Source: Mobula hypostoma (lineage: Eukaryota). Taken from it: DNA of 64,000 bases. The stretch lies in NCBI RefSeq assembly GCF_963921235.1, contig NC_086108.1:73162001-73226000 (forward strand), written 5' to 3'. Under the pieces are notes generated by a model. That model saw only the letters and a program-made list of their open reading frames with translations. It made no database searches and was not told the origin of the DNA. The position numbers and the translations under genes are program-made. How positions within the stretch are numbered: position 1 is the stretch's first letter; every line of letters starts with the position of its first letter. Positions 12,933-25,558 of the stretch are shown piece after piece.

Positions 12933-14021
12933 GGACATCCATTTAGAGGAGGAATTTCTTTAACCAGAGGATGGTGAATCTGGAATTCATTGCCACAGTC
13001 AGCTATGGAGGCCAGGTTATTGGGTATATTTAAGACGATGGTTGATAGGTTCTTGATTAGTCAATTGTTGAAAAGTTACTGTGAGGAGACAGGAAAATGT
13101 GGTTGAAAGGGAAATGGATCATCAGCCATGAAGAGAAGGTGAAGCAATGAGAACGGGTGAAATAGCCTAGTCGTTATCCTGTTTCTTATGGTTTTATGAC
13201 CACTCCACATTAACTCCAGTTCTGTGAGGAATTTCCCATACTAGGAAACTGCAACAACTTCACAATCCTCTGCTAGTTTTCACAAGGAATTCAGTACCCA
13301 GAGCCTCACCAGGAACTTGCTACCATCACATTTGCAACTTCTAGATATTTAAATGCATGGACAGAAATCTTGAACTTTTCAATAATTATGTGGAAAAATG
13401 CCAACAGGTTCCCTACAAAATCCAGTTCAATGACATCTCTAGTCTTCCTTTGATTTTTTTTAGCTTTGTTGGCTCAGTAACTGTGCCTAATTTTAAACAC
13501 CCCAACCCTAGCTGAAAAAAGATAGAAAAGAGCTGAAAGTAATGGTAGTCTGTTGCCACCAATAATCCTGCTTTTTTCCCTATAGTGTTGTATTTTCCAT
13601 GACACTAAACCTGTCAAAAACTGGTTCCTGGGCAGTAAGGGACCCAGAAGGTAAGCTCTCAATATTTTATTTGCAGGTTTCATTGTGAAAAGGCAGGTGT
13701 GCTTCTTGAGACCTCCTGGGAAACCAGTGGCTTTCCTTCATAATGGGCTTTTTCCCCCTTCCCGCCATCATCCCTAAGGTTGTATTGTCCATCTGAGGTC
13801 CTTGTGCTTATCAAGGACTTCTCTGTGCCTTATTTACTGCTTAGAACGACCAGGAATCCCAGCCATTGGACAAACAAGTGGTTTTGCCCCACTGTTAGAG
13901 AAAAGACTATCTTCATTTATTTAAACAAATTCTTGCCATTGATGCCTTGCTGGGATTTCACTCTGATTTCCCCTTTCCCATCTCCTTATCAGCAGTAGAC
14001 CAGAACAAAAACTTCAATCCA

Positions 14022-14623
14022 TGTAACACCCTGGGAAAGGTTTCACTGCTAATGTAGTTTTTCTATAGAAGCACTGCTAATGTGATGGTTTTTCTGTAGC
14101 AGCAGTGTTTGGGTTATGGTTAGAGATAATGGGGGCTTTGGAATGTGCGTAGTCCAATGAAGGGAATGCTTTTCTTGTTGTGCGCCTGAGACCAAGGTGA
14201 TCTGGGTCTTTTTTTTAGCGGAAGATGAAGAGAGAAGATGCCAGAAAGGAGAGGTCATAGACAGCAGGACTGAGTGGACTCTGAGTGGGGCCGGGAGTCG
14301 ATGAAGCCCAGGGAAATCGATGGAGGATCAGCGGAAGGGAAACCGTGAGCTCCAATGTACACATTAGACTGTTTCATTAAAATGGGCCCTTTTCTTTTTG
14401 TTTTTCTTTACTAACCCTTTAGTCAAATTAAGAATTATAAAGCTAAATTGTTTAACTGTATGTGGAGCACTGCCTGTTATTTCATGGCACTGATTTGTAA
14501 CAGGGTAACACATCATGCAGCATCCACACAAACAGAAAGTTTTTCACCTCAGTCTCATACGTTTGCTGGGGCCAGAGACGGTCTTCCCTAGACTTACACA
14601 GCCGGCAGAACCGGAGGGTTACA
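14022..14623. mobile_element. Solo LTR
   Basis: Starts TGTAAC and ends GTTACA (terminal inverted repeat). Flanks TCCA / TCTA (4-bp TSD, one mismatch). No internal coding sequence. Confidence 0.65.
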
Positions 14624-14834
14624 TCTATATTTCATAAGCACAAGTTTTAAACACTGACTGCTTCTCTTGAAGTCAAACCAGGCATTTTGCAACACATACC
14701 GTTTATCTGATTACATCAGTTTTTACAGGTTCATTCAGGAAGATTGCCTCTTTCCCAGCTACAGTAATGTGATGAACAGGTCTTCATCATGCTGTACCTG
14801 TGAACTGCAATGAATCAGAGATCATTTCCCTGGA

Positions 14835-15165
14835 CAGCACAGTGATATGCAACTAGTGGAAGAGTTATGGGTTCAATCCTGACCTTGGGTGCCACCCATG
14901 CAGAGTGTGCACGTTCTCCTGTGATCATGTGGGTTACCTTTGGGTGCTCTGAATTCATCCCATGCGTTAAAGATATGTGCATTTGTCATTTAATTGGCCA
15001 CTGTAATTTGTCCGCATTGTGTAGGTGAATGCTTGAATAAGTGGTGGTTGATGAAATATAGGAAAAAATAATAAAAATATGATTATTACAAGATTGGTGT
15101 AAATGAACGGCTGATATTTAAAATGGACTCGGTTGGCCAAAGGGCCTGTTTCTTTTCTGTATGAC
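14835..15165 (+). mobile_element. tRNA-derived V-type SINE, degenerate
   Basis: B-box-like GGTTCAATCC at about 14870, then the central domain gcacgttctcctgtgatcatgtgggtt. Confidence 0.6.
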
Positions 15166-15614
15166 CCATTTTCACACCCAAATCTGAATAAATGGAATAG
15201 ACTAACTTTTGTTCCATTCCATGGTTGGGGTGCACAGAGCCTGTTTGGTTCAGAAACTGCCCAGAAATCTATATTTATTGTTATTTTTGCCGATATCTCT
15301 GGCATTTACAATCATAAATTCACCTCAAAGGGCTTCTTTTGTCTCTGATATAATGCCAGTGCTGATTGGCTGGCCAGAAAGACAGTTGTCATTGGCCATT
15401 CTGATCTGCTGGTTGGAGTTGCTGCAGGGCTTCAGTTAGACCAATAGAATTCCACTCATGCAGACAGGGGAATGAGAAAGATTACTTAAATGATTTGACT
15501 GATTTTATTTGCCCACCTGGTTTGCTTCCATCAGGGAGAAATGAAATGTATGTGGCATTCTACTTCAAGCTTTTATAAAGTTAATCCCCTCGTATTAAGT
15601 CAGAGTTATTCATT

Positions 15615-15910
15615 ATTTATTTATTTTACTTGGTGATATAGTGTGTAACAGGCCCTTCCAGCCCTGTGAGCCACAATGCCCAGCAGCCCATCTACTTAAC
15701 CCTAGCCTAATCACAGGACAGTTTACAATGACAATTTAACGTACTAACAGGTACATCTTTAGACTGTGGGAGGAAACCGGAGCACCCAGAGGAAACCCAT
15801 GCTGTCACGGGGAGAACGTACAAACTCCTTACAGCTGACGGTGGAATTGAACTCCAAACTCCAACACCACAAGCTATAATAGTAGTTTACTGCTACCCTA
15901 CCATGGTGCC
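15615..15910 (-). mobile_element. tRNA-derived V-type SINE
   Basis: Reverse central domain gtgggaggaaaccggagcacccagaggaaacccatgc and a reverse B-box ggaattgaactc. Confidence 0.65.
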
Positions 15911-16161
15911 TCAGTAGCGGTACTATGAACAGAGCAAGTTGCAAAACCCGCCAGACTGATGGTGCCTTCTTGTGGCTGGTGATTCAGTACAGAAATATAG
16001 GCTATGGCAGTTCATATTAACTTCTGGACTAACACATTGCAAAGCAAAAGTCAGCTTTGAACTCAAAGTCTGATGAAAACGCATTGGATCAACTTCTCAC
16101 TGCTGAAATCAGCAGCAATTAACTGAGTTGTATTAAAGTACAACTGAGGTGTTATTGAGAG

Positions 16162-16410
16162 CAACACGGACAAAATGCTGGATGAACTCAGCAGGTCAGG
16201 GAGCAACTATGGAAATGAATAAACAGTTTTGGTCCAAGATCCTTCAGCAGGACTGGAAATGAAAGGGAAAGAAGCCAATCCTGATGAAGGGTCTCAGACC
16301 ACAACATTGACTGTTTATATCTTTCCATAGTCACTGCCTAACCTGCTGAGTTCCTCCAGCATGTTGTGCGTTTTACTCTGGACTTCCAGTATCAGCATAA
16401 TTTCTTGTAG
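16162..16410. repeat. Palindromic Penelope-terminus-derived short element
   Basis: caaaatgctggatgaactcagcaggtcagg mirrored by cctaacctgctgagttcctccagcatgttg. Degenerate hammerhead box CTGATGA at 16281. Confidence 0.65.
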
Positions 16411-18289
16411 TTATGAGGTACTATTGAGTTACATTGAGATGAGATTTAATGCCAAGATTGAGTGGCCTAATTGACTTGACCACAATAATTTGAAAAGAAG
16501 CCCTGACTTTTATGTCAATGCTTTAATTTATTCCTATTAGCTTTATCTATCTGTTAGTGATTTATCTGTTAATTAATTTTATTTATTTTTAATTATTTAA
16601 ATCCATTTGAGCTTTTCTTAACATCTCTGATCACTAGAGATATTAAACCAAGTGGGATATGACAGCAGTGATAGGGTAGGACTTAAACTTCTAGCCCCCA
16701 GTGCCTGGTCCCTGCTAATGGAGAATTGTTCACTCAGATCTCAAGGTCAAAAGGGATCGTGGAGCAACAGCTGATAAAATCCGTTTTATGGTAAACAGAT
16801 AAATATACCAGATAAATTTAATAACCTAATTTGTTTTGTGATGATATTAGCATTTATTTTAATACCATATTATATCTTTATTTGTATTATATAAAATGTT
16901 AATTTTGGCACTAAAGTTACAATCAGTTGTGCTAAATTTTGCACAGATCCTTTGCAAAATGTATAAACTAAAAGCACATTTCTGCATGCTTTCCTGTTAT
17001 TGAGTATCAAAGAGAATGTTTAAAATCAAAAGGAGATGAGTATCCACGTTTTGCTGCAGATGAATCTGAGTTCTGGATCAATCAAGGAACAAAAATTAAA
17101 GGTCACTATTCCTGCCTTTGAAAAAGAAAGATACTGTTTCTCTTTCATTTGCTCATCAAAGAGATAAATGCTTCATACAAATTGACTGGAAGGGTTAATA
17201 TAAATATATCAGCAATGGCCAAGTGGTGTTCTCCACTTTGATTTCTAGTAGGGATGTTATGGTACACAATAGTAGAGCTGTCTTTTTAGAGTTGTACTGA
17301 AACCTGATATTGAGCTCCCTGCTGGTGGTAGATGTGCACATTTCATGGATTGCTCTTGGACAACTGCCTGTAAGTTCCACCTATTAAAGCAACTTTAAAT
17401 CTCAATCTAAATCAAGAGATTCAATGATACTTAGATTAACAAGAATACACATTTTAAATATTTTTGCGGCGTCCAATTTATTCTGGTGTCACTAACAGTT
17501 CAAATAGATAGGAACATAAAAATGTTATTTTTGGTGGTGAAGGAGATACTCAAAATCTCTTTAAATAAATGAGAAGTGTCGTTCATGACTAAGTAGTATC
17601 CTCTGTGTCACTGAGTCTGGAGAATGGACACTCAAAACCTACTCCATAGAGCTGAGCATAACATATACTGTAGGGTAGCATAGAACAGAATTACAAGTAT
17701 CAACACTGGGCTTGTCTATAAGTGTGCCCTGGGATGAGGACGATTGCTGTTCTGTAATACAAATCATACTAAAATGTGTGCCGGAGTGATTTAGGTGAAA
17801 TCAAACTTCTCCACAAATTATAATATGCCACAACAAGGCTGCAGTACAGGACAAAAAGGCTGCTGCCGACAGACAAATTCCCAGGTCCTCTGATTATTGC
17901 CTTCAACATTTTTGAAATTATTTGTTGCATTTTCTCAAAGTTTTAAGACCATAAGGTAAAGGAGGAGAACTCAGCCATTCGACACGTTGAGGCTGCTCTC
18001 CCATTCTGGCTGAGAGACAGTGGAGTTTACACTCTTCCTTTATATCAGGAAGCAACATGGTAAGTTAGAGCTAACACTAATGACTCAAGTAGTTTATGGT
18101 CACAAACAAGTCAAGAAATGAAGCAGATATTTCCCTCCATATACTATGGCAATAGGACTTTTCAGAATGAAAAGCTAGGAATTTGGTGTCTGAGTATTCA
18201 TCTCAGACACTAAATCTAGGCTGCTCAAAGTGCTGACTCTCACCCAGCGCAGATTTGTTGGTGGAAGACAATGGTAGAGTTTATTTTGA

Positions 18290-18730
18290 GGAGACAACTA
18301 AATATATTGATGAGTATGGCATGGATGATGTAATCTACATGGAACAGTAAGGTTTTTGATAAGGTTTTAGGTGGAAGGCTGGTTCAAGAAGTTGGAGCCC
18401 ATGGGATCCAAGGTGTATTGACAAAATAGATCCAAATTGGATTGGTAGAGAAGGGAGAAGTTGATTGTGAAGGGTTGCTTTTGTGATTGGAAACTTGTAA
18501 CCAGTGGTGTACCACAGGGATTAGAACTGGAATTATTGCTTTTTATAAAAGTAAACAACAATATTTAGGGAGTAGTTTTAGTAAGTTTAGTAAGACATGA
18601 AATGCAATGATGGTGTTGATAGGGAAGAGGGCAATGTTAGGCTACGGAATGTTGGGAAAGTCAATGGCAGGATGGAATTTAATCCTTTTAGTTTAAATGA
18701 TGCATTTTGAGGGTCAAATAAGAGCACGGC
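18290..18730 (+). mobile_element. Old CR1 RT fragment
   Basis: gatgtaatctacatgga, accagtggtgtaccacaggga (SGVPQG). Confidence 0.6.
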
Positions 18731-20187
18731 ATAATTAGTATTATTTTATTTTGTTACCTATTTACAAGATATGGTCATTACAAGCAAGAGATGCATTTCT
18801 TACCCATTCATTGTAACTGTAGTCCTAATGGTCAGCTAGTCAATTTCAAAGATTACTTGAGCCAAACACACGGCTGTACCTGAGGAATTGACAGATTCCC
18901 TTAAGGATGTTATTTATCCAGAGGTAGTAAATATATTCATTGGCTCGAATATTTGATAATGTGCTTTTTCCATGCTGGAAAGTGCAGGCACATTATATTG
19001 ACAAATTTAAATTCAAATCTCTTGATTAATGGTGAAAGGTAAAGGCAAAACATCAAAAGCTTGCATGCATATACTACCACGAGCAGTCTGCAAAGCAATT
19101 CACTGAAACACATAGTTGGTATTAGGACAGGGAGTAAGCACATGATCATTGAAATTTCAAAGAATCTGTTAACTGTGAAAGAAAGATAAAGTGCCTGAGA
19201 TGTTTAGGGAGACTGACGGTTTATGGAGAGACTACCAAATAAATGATATAGTAATTATATGATGCACTAAGACAGTTTTAATGTCTATTTTTATAAATAC
19301 AGAATTGCAATCTTTAAAATTGTGTTGGGAATGATTTTATTTTAGATTGAGAAACTGTTCAATACCAAATTTCCATCTTTCGTTTAGTGTGGAACTGAGC
19401 ATTGAGCTACTGTTTGATCATTTGGGTGTGTGTTCATTCTATTCTTTTGTTTTTACTGACAACAGAGTGCTGAATCAATGAACAGTGGAAAAGTTTTAAG
19501 AACTCTGCAAGTGCCAAGAATCCTTGTGTAACTTGCTTGTGAGTAATGGTTAACATATGTTACGGTTGTAGCCTTTAAAATGTACTTTTAATTATCTGGT
19601 TCCAAAGTATGGTATAAAAATACCCACAAAAACCAGTAAATCCTGCAAAAATGTTTCAGCTGTGGTAGAGTTAGCAGCAGGAAGGCCAATGGCAGGCATT
19701 GACGTAGCCACAATTTTGATTGCTACTTCGGCAGACTTGTTAGCAATATCATCTAGAGCTTTGAACAAAAATATTTCACAAGCTCATGTTTGAAACAGTG
19801 AACACACTGAGTCACTTTTTTTCCAGCAGAACATCCAATTGTAGGTCACGACCATTACATCTTCATTCACTGCCAACCTAACCACATTCCTCCACTCTCC
19901 CCTATCCATTGCTACATCTTGGAAAACAAGTGTTCAATCTCCCTTCCAAAATATTTTTTTTTCTCCAAGCCATCTCAATTAGTCTTTCGTTCCAGATGCC
20001 TTTTTCTGCCTAATAACCTACCAGTCTTCCAACTTTGCTGAATGGTATTTCTTCCTGCTCTCCCATTTGGCCATTTTCTTCCCAAGGCTCCCTTCTGACT
20101 TCCCATACCTCCTGGTGCCTTTTGCCCAGCTTCTAATTGCTCTTCTATCTCAAAGGTCACCTTCCAAACATTTGGCATTTTAAGCAA

Positions 20188-20542
20188 CACACATCAAAGT
20201 TGCTGGTGAATGCAGCAGGCCAGGCAGCATCTCTAGGAAGAGGTACAGTCGACATTTCGGGCCGAGACCCTTCGTCAGGACTAACTGAAAGAAGAGCTAG
20301 TAAGAGATTTGAAAGTGGGAGGGGGAGAGGGAGATTCGAAATGATAGGAGAAGACAGGAGGGGGAGGGATGGAGCCAAGAGCTGGACAGGTGATTGGCAA
20401 AGAGATATGAGGGTATCACAGGACAGGAAGCCTAGGGAGAAAGAAAAGGGGGAAGGGGGAAAAACCCAGAGGATGGGCAAGGGGTTCACCAGCAAATTTG
20501 ATGTGTGTTGCTTCATTTCTGGCATCTGCAGGTTTCCTCGTG
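20188..20542 (-). mobile_element. Penelope terminal fragment with inverted end
   Basis: Terminal repeat near-identical to 4654-4950. Duplicated flank TTGGCATTTTAAGCAA at 20172-20187 and 20543-20558. Confidence 0.85.
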
Positions 20543-20899
20543 TTGGCATTTTAAGCAAATGGTTGATGGCTACTGGCAGTAATCCAGTGACCAATTACCC
20601 TAAACCCTTTGGTATATACATGAGACATACCATGATAGGAGAGCAAAAACAACTAGAAAGGAGAAAGAACACAGAATAGTATAAAACAGGAACAGTTCCT
20701 TCATCTCACCATGTCTGCACTGACCATGATGGTTGTGTAAATTAATACTATCTACCTGTACATAGTCTGACACCCCTATTCTCTCCCTGCTGATGTGTCC
20801 ATCTAAATGCTTCCTAAACATTTGTTTTTGTGATAGCATTGGCTTTACTGACTGTAAAGTTCCAAACTTAAATGAAGACCTCAAGCCCTATCCAATATA

Positions 20900-21850
20900 A
20901 ATAGCCAATATAAAAGAATCAAGACTTCACCACATTGGGTGTTCAAGCAGTGTGCAAATGACATCAACTGTGCAAACACTAAAAGAAAGAAATAACAATA
21001 ATAAATAAATAGTGAGATGAAGAGTCCTTGAAAGTGAATGGGGCAAGTGAAGTTGAGTGAAGTTCAGCACTTTAGTTCAAGAGCCCAATGGTTGAGGCAT
21101 AGTAACTGATCCTGAACATGGTGGCGTGGAGCTTGAGGCCCCTCTGCATTCTTTCTGATGGTGGCAGTGAGACGGGAGCAGGGACCTGGGTGGTGCGGGT
21201 CACTGATGAGGGATGCTGCTTTCTTGCGACAATGCTTCATGTAGATGTGCTCAATGATGGGGAGGGCTTTACCTGTGGTGGACTAGGCCGCATCTACTAC
21301 ATTTTGCAAGATTTTCCATTCAAGGGCATTGGTGTTTCCATACTAAGCTGTGATACAGCTAGTCAATATACTTTCCACCACACGTCTGTTGGATTTGTCT
21401 AAGTTTTAAACGTCATGCCAAATTTTTGCAAACTTCTAAGGAAGTAGAGGTGCTGCCATGTGTACATACATGCTGGGCCCAGGATAGGTCCTCGAAAATT
21501 ATAACACCGAGGAATTTAAAGTTGCTGACCCTGTCCACCTCTAATCTTCTGATGAGGACTGGTTCATGGACCTCTGGTTTCCTCCTCCTGAAGTCAATAA
21601 TCAGCTCTTTGGGCTTACTGACATCGAGTAAGAATTTGTTACTGTGGCACCACTCAGCCAGATTTTCAATCTCACTTCTATATGCTGATTCATCATCACC
21701 TTTGATTCGGCCTATGATGGGGTGTTGCTGGCAAACTTGAATGTGGCATTGGGGCTCTGCTTAGGCACACAGTCGGAAGAGTAAAGCAAGTAGAGCAGGG
21801 GGCTAACCATGCAGTCTTGTGGTGCACCTGTGCTGATGGAGATTGTAGAG
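20900..21850 (-). mobile_element. Rex1/Babar-like LINE 3' fragment, degenerate
   Basis: Reverse strand carries GAPQ..PLLY, FKFLGV and LYFL motifs plus a 3' UTR also seen at 55170-55348. Confidence 0.7.
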
Positions 21851-23441
21851 GCAATTAATACTAACTTTTACAATTCGATTTATATTTTTACAATTGAAAT
21901 ACTAACACGTTCAATTCTAGGCACTGCAATTTAGGAAGTAGTTGGTGGCCCAGAAGAGGGAGGGAGGGAGGGAGGGGATTTTTCAGTATGGCACAGGAAC
22001 AAGCACCTAAAATATTTGGAGAGACTGTAGAGGCTGGTGTTGCTTTCCTTATAGCAAAGAACATTAAGTGGTGGGTTAATTGTGGAATTCGAGATGAAGC
22101 ATTCTGATGGAACAATTAACTAGACATTATTTTTCCTCTGAGGAATTATCTTCGGCGTGGAGTAAACTGGCTGCATCATCGCAAAGCTAGAACAGAGACG
22201 CTGAGCAAAATGTCGCCTGATTTCATTTAACCTAAATTACATCATTGTTACTGTAATGAAAACTATTTTTTTGCATTGCAACTTTTTTATTAGATACAGG
22301 ATTTCCAGGCATTAGGAAATTACAGTATGTGCTATGCATTTCCCTTACTTATTTGCAGATTGTAAATGCCTTTAGTTTTTAAAATACCAGTATCTACATA
22401 TCCAATATTTTAGTGTGCATTTCTCTTTCTCTCTCTCTATGACAGTCCCTACTCTGTGCCCTATGCCCAATCTCACAACCACTCCCTGCCCCCCAATGAT
22501 TATTTTCTGGATGTGAACATACTTGAGGATTATAGGACACATTTTTCAGAAACATCAGTCTGCCTCAGGGATAAACAAACTTAGAATTGCTTCCTTGTCT
22601 TGAAGATTATTACAGGAGCTATACATGCACAGTTCTTACCAATATTAACACAAATTTGGGAAGAAAAATACATCTTTGTTGTGTTGAAATAACCAGAAGT
22701 CATGTGCCCATTAGCACATCAATGCAGTTCATTTGATTTTTCCTCCAAACTTTGTGAAATAGGAAATTAATTTTACATGATGCAGGTTAAAATCCTTTCA
22801 ACTGAAATTTTGAATCTCCTATCATCCAAGAAATGGCCATACTCTAGATCCTCCTGGTTCCTTTTGTTGTTCTCTGATGTTCCTAGTCCAGTAGTGAGAG
22901 TGGATTTCACTGCTGTCCGATAAATCATTCTGGTAGACAAGAGGAAGTGACACACCAGGCAGGACTTCAAAAGAGAACTTATCCTTTGAAGTCAAACTTT
23001 TGTCCTTTGTAGTGTTCATTGATCTGACATTTTACTTTTTTGTTGGTTTGTAAGAGGAGATCAAGGATATCAGAGAACAATTAGTAGATCCAATATTCTG
23101 GAATAACTGGCATTTAAACAACTATTGTTAATAAATCTGATATGGAAATAATGACAAAAGATGGTTATATTCAATGATGCCAAGACACTTGTTTGTTCTT
23201 TATCACTGAAATCACATGATTTCAGTGCACCCAGCATTGCAAATTATGAACCACAGATAGTATTTTTTTTATTTAGAAAACTCACATCCGATGAAAAAGT
23301 GAAAATTTTTATGCAGTTGCTTACCAAAAAATATACCTGAGGGAGATAAGGCTTGTTGCATTTGCAATTTTAGTCTGGTCATTTTTTTCATAGTAGATAG
23401 CTCAGCATTACTTCTTTTGTTTGAACCTATAGCTCTAATAT

Positions 23442-24474
23442 CAAGCAACACACACAAAATGCTGGAGGAACTCAACAGGCCGGGCAGCATCTAGGAAAGG
23501 AGTACAGTTGACGTTTTGGGCTGAAACCCTTTGGCAGAACTGGAGAAAAAATCTGAGGAGTAGATTTAAAAGGTGGGGAGACAGGAGAGAGAAACCCAAA
23601 GTGATAGGTGAAACCTGGAGGGGAGAGATGAAGTAAGGAGCTGGGAAGCGATTGCTGAAAGATATAGAAGGCCATGGAAGAAAGAAAAGGGGGGAGGAGC
23701 ATCAGAGGGAGGCAATAGGTGGGCAATAAGTTGAGAGAGGGAAAAGGGGATAGGAAATGGTGACGGAGGGGTTCGGGGGTCATTACCAGAAATTTGAGAA
23801 ATCGAGGTTCATGCCATCAGATTGGGGCTACCCTACCCAAGTGGAATGAATATAAGGCCCTCATCACGACAGTGGAGGAGGCTACAGTTGGATATATCGG
23901 AATGAGAATGGGAAATGGAATTAAAATAGATGACTACGGGGAGATCCTGCTTCTTCTGGCAGATGGAGCTTAGGTGCTCAGTGAAGCAGTCCCCCAATCT
24001 ACGTCAGGTCTCACCAATATACAAGAGGCCACGCTGGGAGCATTGAACACAGACTCCCAGGTGAAGTGTCCCCTCACCTGGAAGGACTGTTTGGGGCCCT
24101 GAATGGTAGTGAGGGAGGAGGTGTAGGGGCAAGGGTAGCACTTGTTCTGCTTGTAAGGATAAGTGTCAGGAGGGAGATCAGTAGGGAGGGACGAATGGAC
24201 AAGGTCTTCTGTCTCTTTCACCAATCAACTTCCCAGCTCTTTACTTCGTACTTCTCCCTCCAGGTTTCACCAATCACCTTGTGTTTCTCTCTCTCTCCTC
24301 TCCCCACCTTTTAAATCAACTCCTCAGCTTTTTCCTCCTGTCGTGCCGAAGGGTTTCAGCCCAAAACGTCAACTGTACTCCTTTCCCAGATGCTGCCCGG
24401 CCTGTTGAGTTCCTCCAGCATTTTGTGTGTGTGTTGCTTGGACTTACAGCATCTGCAGATTTTCTCTTGTTTGT
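23442..24474 (-). mobile_element. Penelope fragment with inverted terminal repeats
   Basis: GIY-YIG remnant (ORF 23970..24224). Termini 23443-23660 and 24210-24440 are inverted copies. TSD GCTCTAATAT at 23432-23441 and 24475-24484. Confidence 0.85.
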
Positions 24475-25162
24475 GCTCTAATATTAATAATGTTTTGTTA
24501 TTATGGGCTAAATTATGTAGCTACATTTTTTTATTACTAGATGTTATTTATTACAGTACCTTAACAAGCAATCCACTTCATTGTTACCACTCTCTGAAAC
24601 TTAAAAAGCCAGTACAAGGAAACCAGAATGCTAAATTAGAGAGGCCCAAAAATAGGTGTAAGGATAAGAATGAACAATTAAGCTGTACCCATAGTTGAAC
24701 TGTAGGCAGTTGGGCAACCTAATGTTGCCTGCTCATTAAAGTGATTTCAATAATCAACCAGCATACTGCTAAGTAGCTGCCTGTCTAGAACTGTAGCTTC
24801 TGATTTGCAAGCTTCAGCATGGCATTAGCTTCTATTTCCTCCCTCCACCTGGTCTGAACGATAATGCCTTTTCAGATAACAAACAGTCCAGGTCAGGTAG
24901 CACAGAAGTATAAAATGAGGGTGATAAACAGTATACTATCATTTCAATCTTAGCATAAGAGGTGGAATCTGCAAGTGGTGAGATATCAGACATGAATCAT
25001 CCGCAAATATGACAGGAGAGAAAGCTAGGAGGGGTACTGATTTGCTTGAGGCCAAAGTTGAGCAAAAGGTCTCAGCTGGGAACTTGAACGAAGCAAACTA
25101 CAGAAAAGACATTAAGTGTTAACTAAATAGAAGAGAAGCAAATTGCTGGAAGACCAGTAATA

Positions 25163-25558
25163 TTTGAACGGGGCACAACTGCGCAAGTGCGTGAAGGTCG
25201 GCCTGTGAGACAGCGGGAGAGTTTAAAAAGCGAGCAGATTGAGAAGGGGAAGGTAATTTCTTCGCCAGTTTGAACGGGGCACGACTGTGCAAGCGCGTGA
25301 AGGTCGGCCTGTGAGAGAGCGGGAGAGTTTAAAAAGCGAGCAGATTGAGAAGGGGAAGGTAATTTCTTCGTCAGTTTGAACGGGGCACGACTGCGCAAGC
25401 GCGTGAAGGTCGGCCTGTGAGACAGCGGGAGAGTTTAAAAAACGAGCAGATTGAAAAGGGGAAAATCATTTCTTCGGCAGTTTGAACAGAGCATGACCAC
25501 GCAATCGCGTGAAGGTTGGCCTGTGAGACAGTGGGGGAGTTTAAAAAGCGAGCAGATT
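25163..25558 (+). repeat. About 3.7 copies of a 106-bp CpG-rich tandem monomer at the CR1 5' end
   Basis: TTTGAAC unit starts at 25163, 25269, 25375 and 25481. Confidence 0.9.

Noticed and set aside
22822..23023. ORF MNTTKDKSLTSKDKFSFEVLPG as a host exon
   Set aside because: Purine-rich acceptor, weak donor, no recognisable homology.
23269..23490. ORF ..GSNKRSNAELSTMKKM.. as a host exon
   Set aside because: Its start lies in a Penelope terminus, and the pre-insertion upstream sequence has no polypyrimidine tract.
25163..25558. CRISPR-like array
   Set aside because: Units are whole tandem duplicates without unique spacers, in a vertebrate LINE 5' end.
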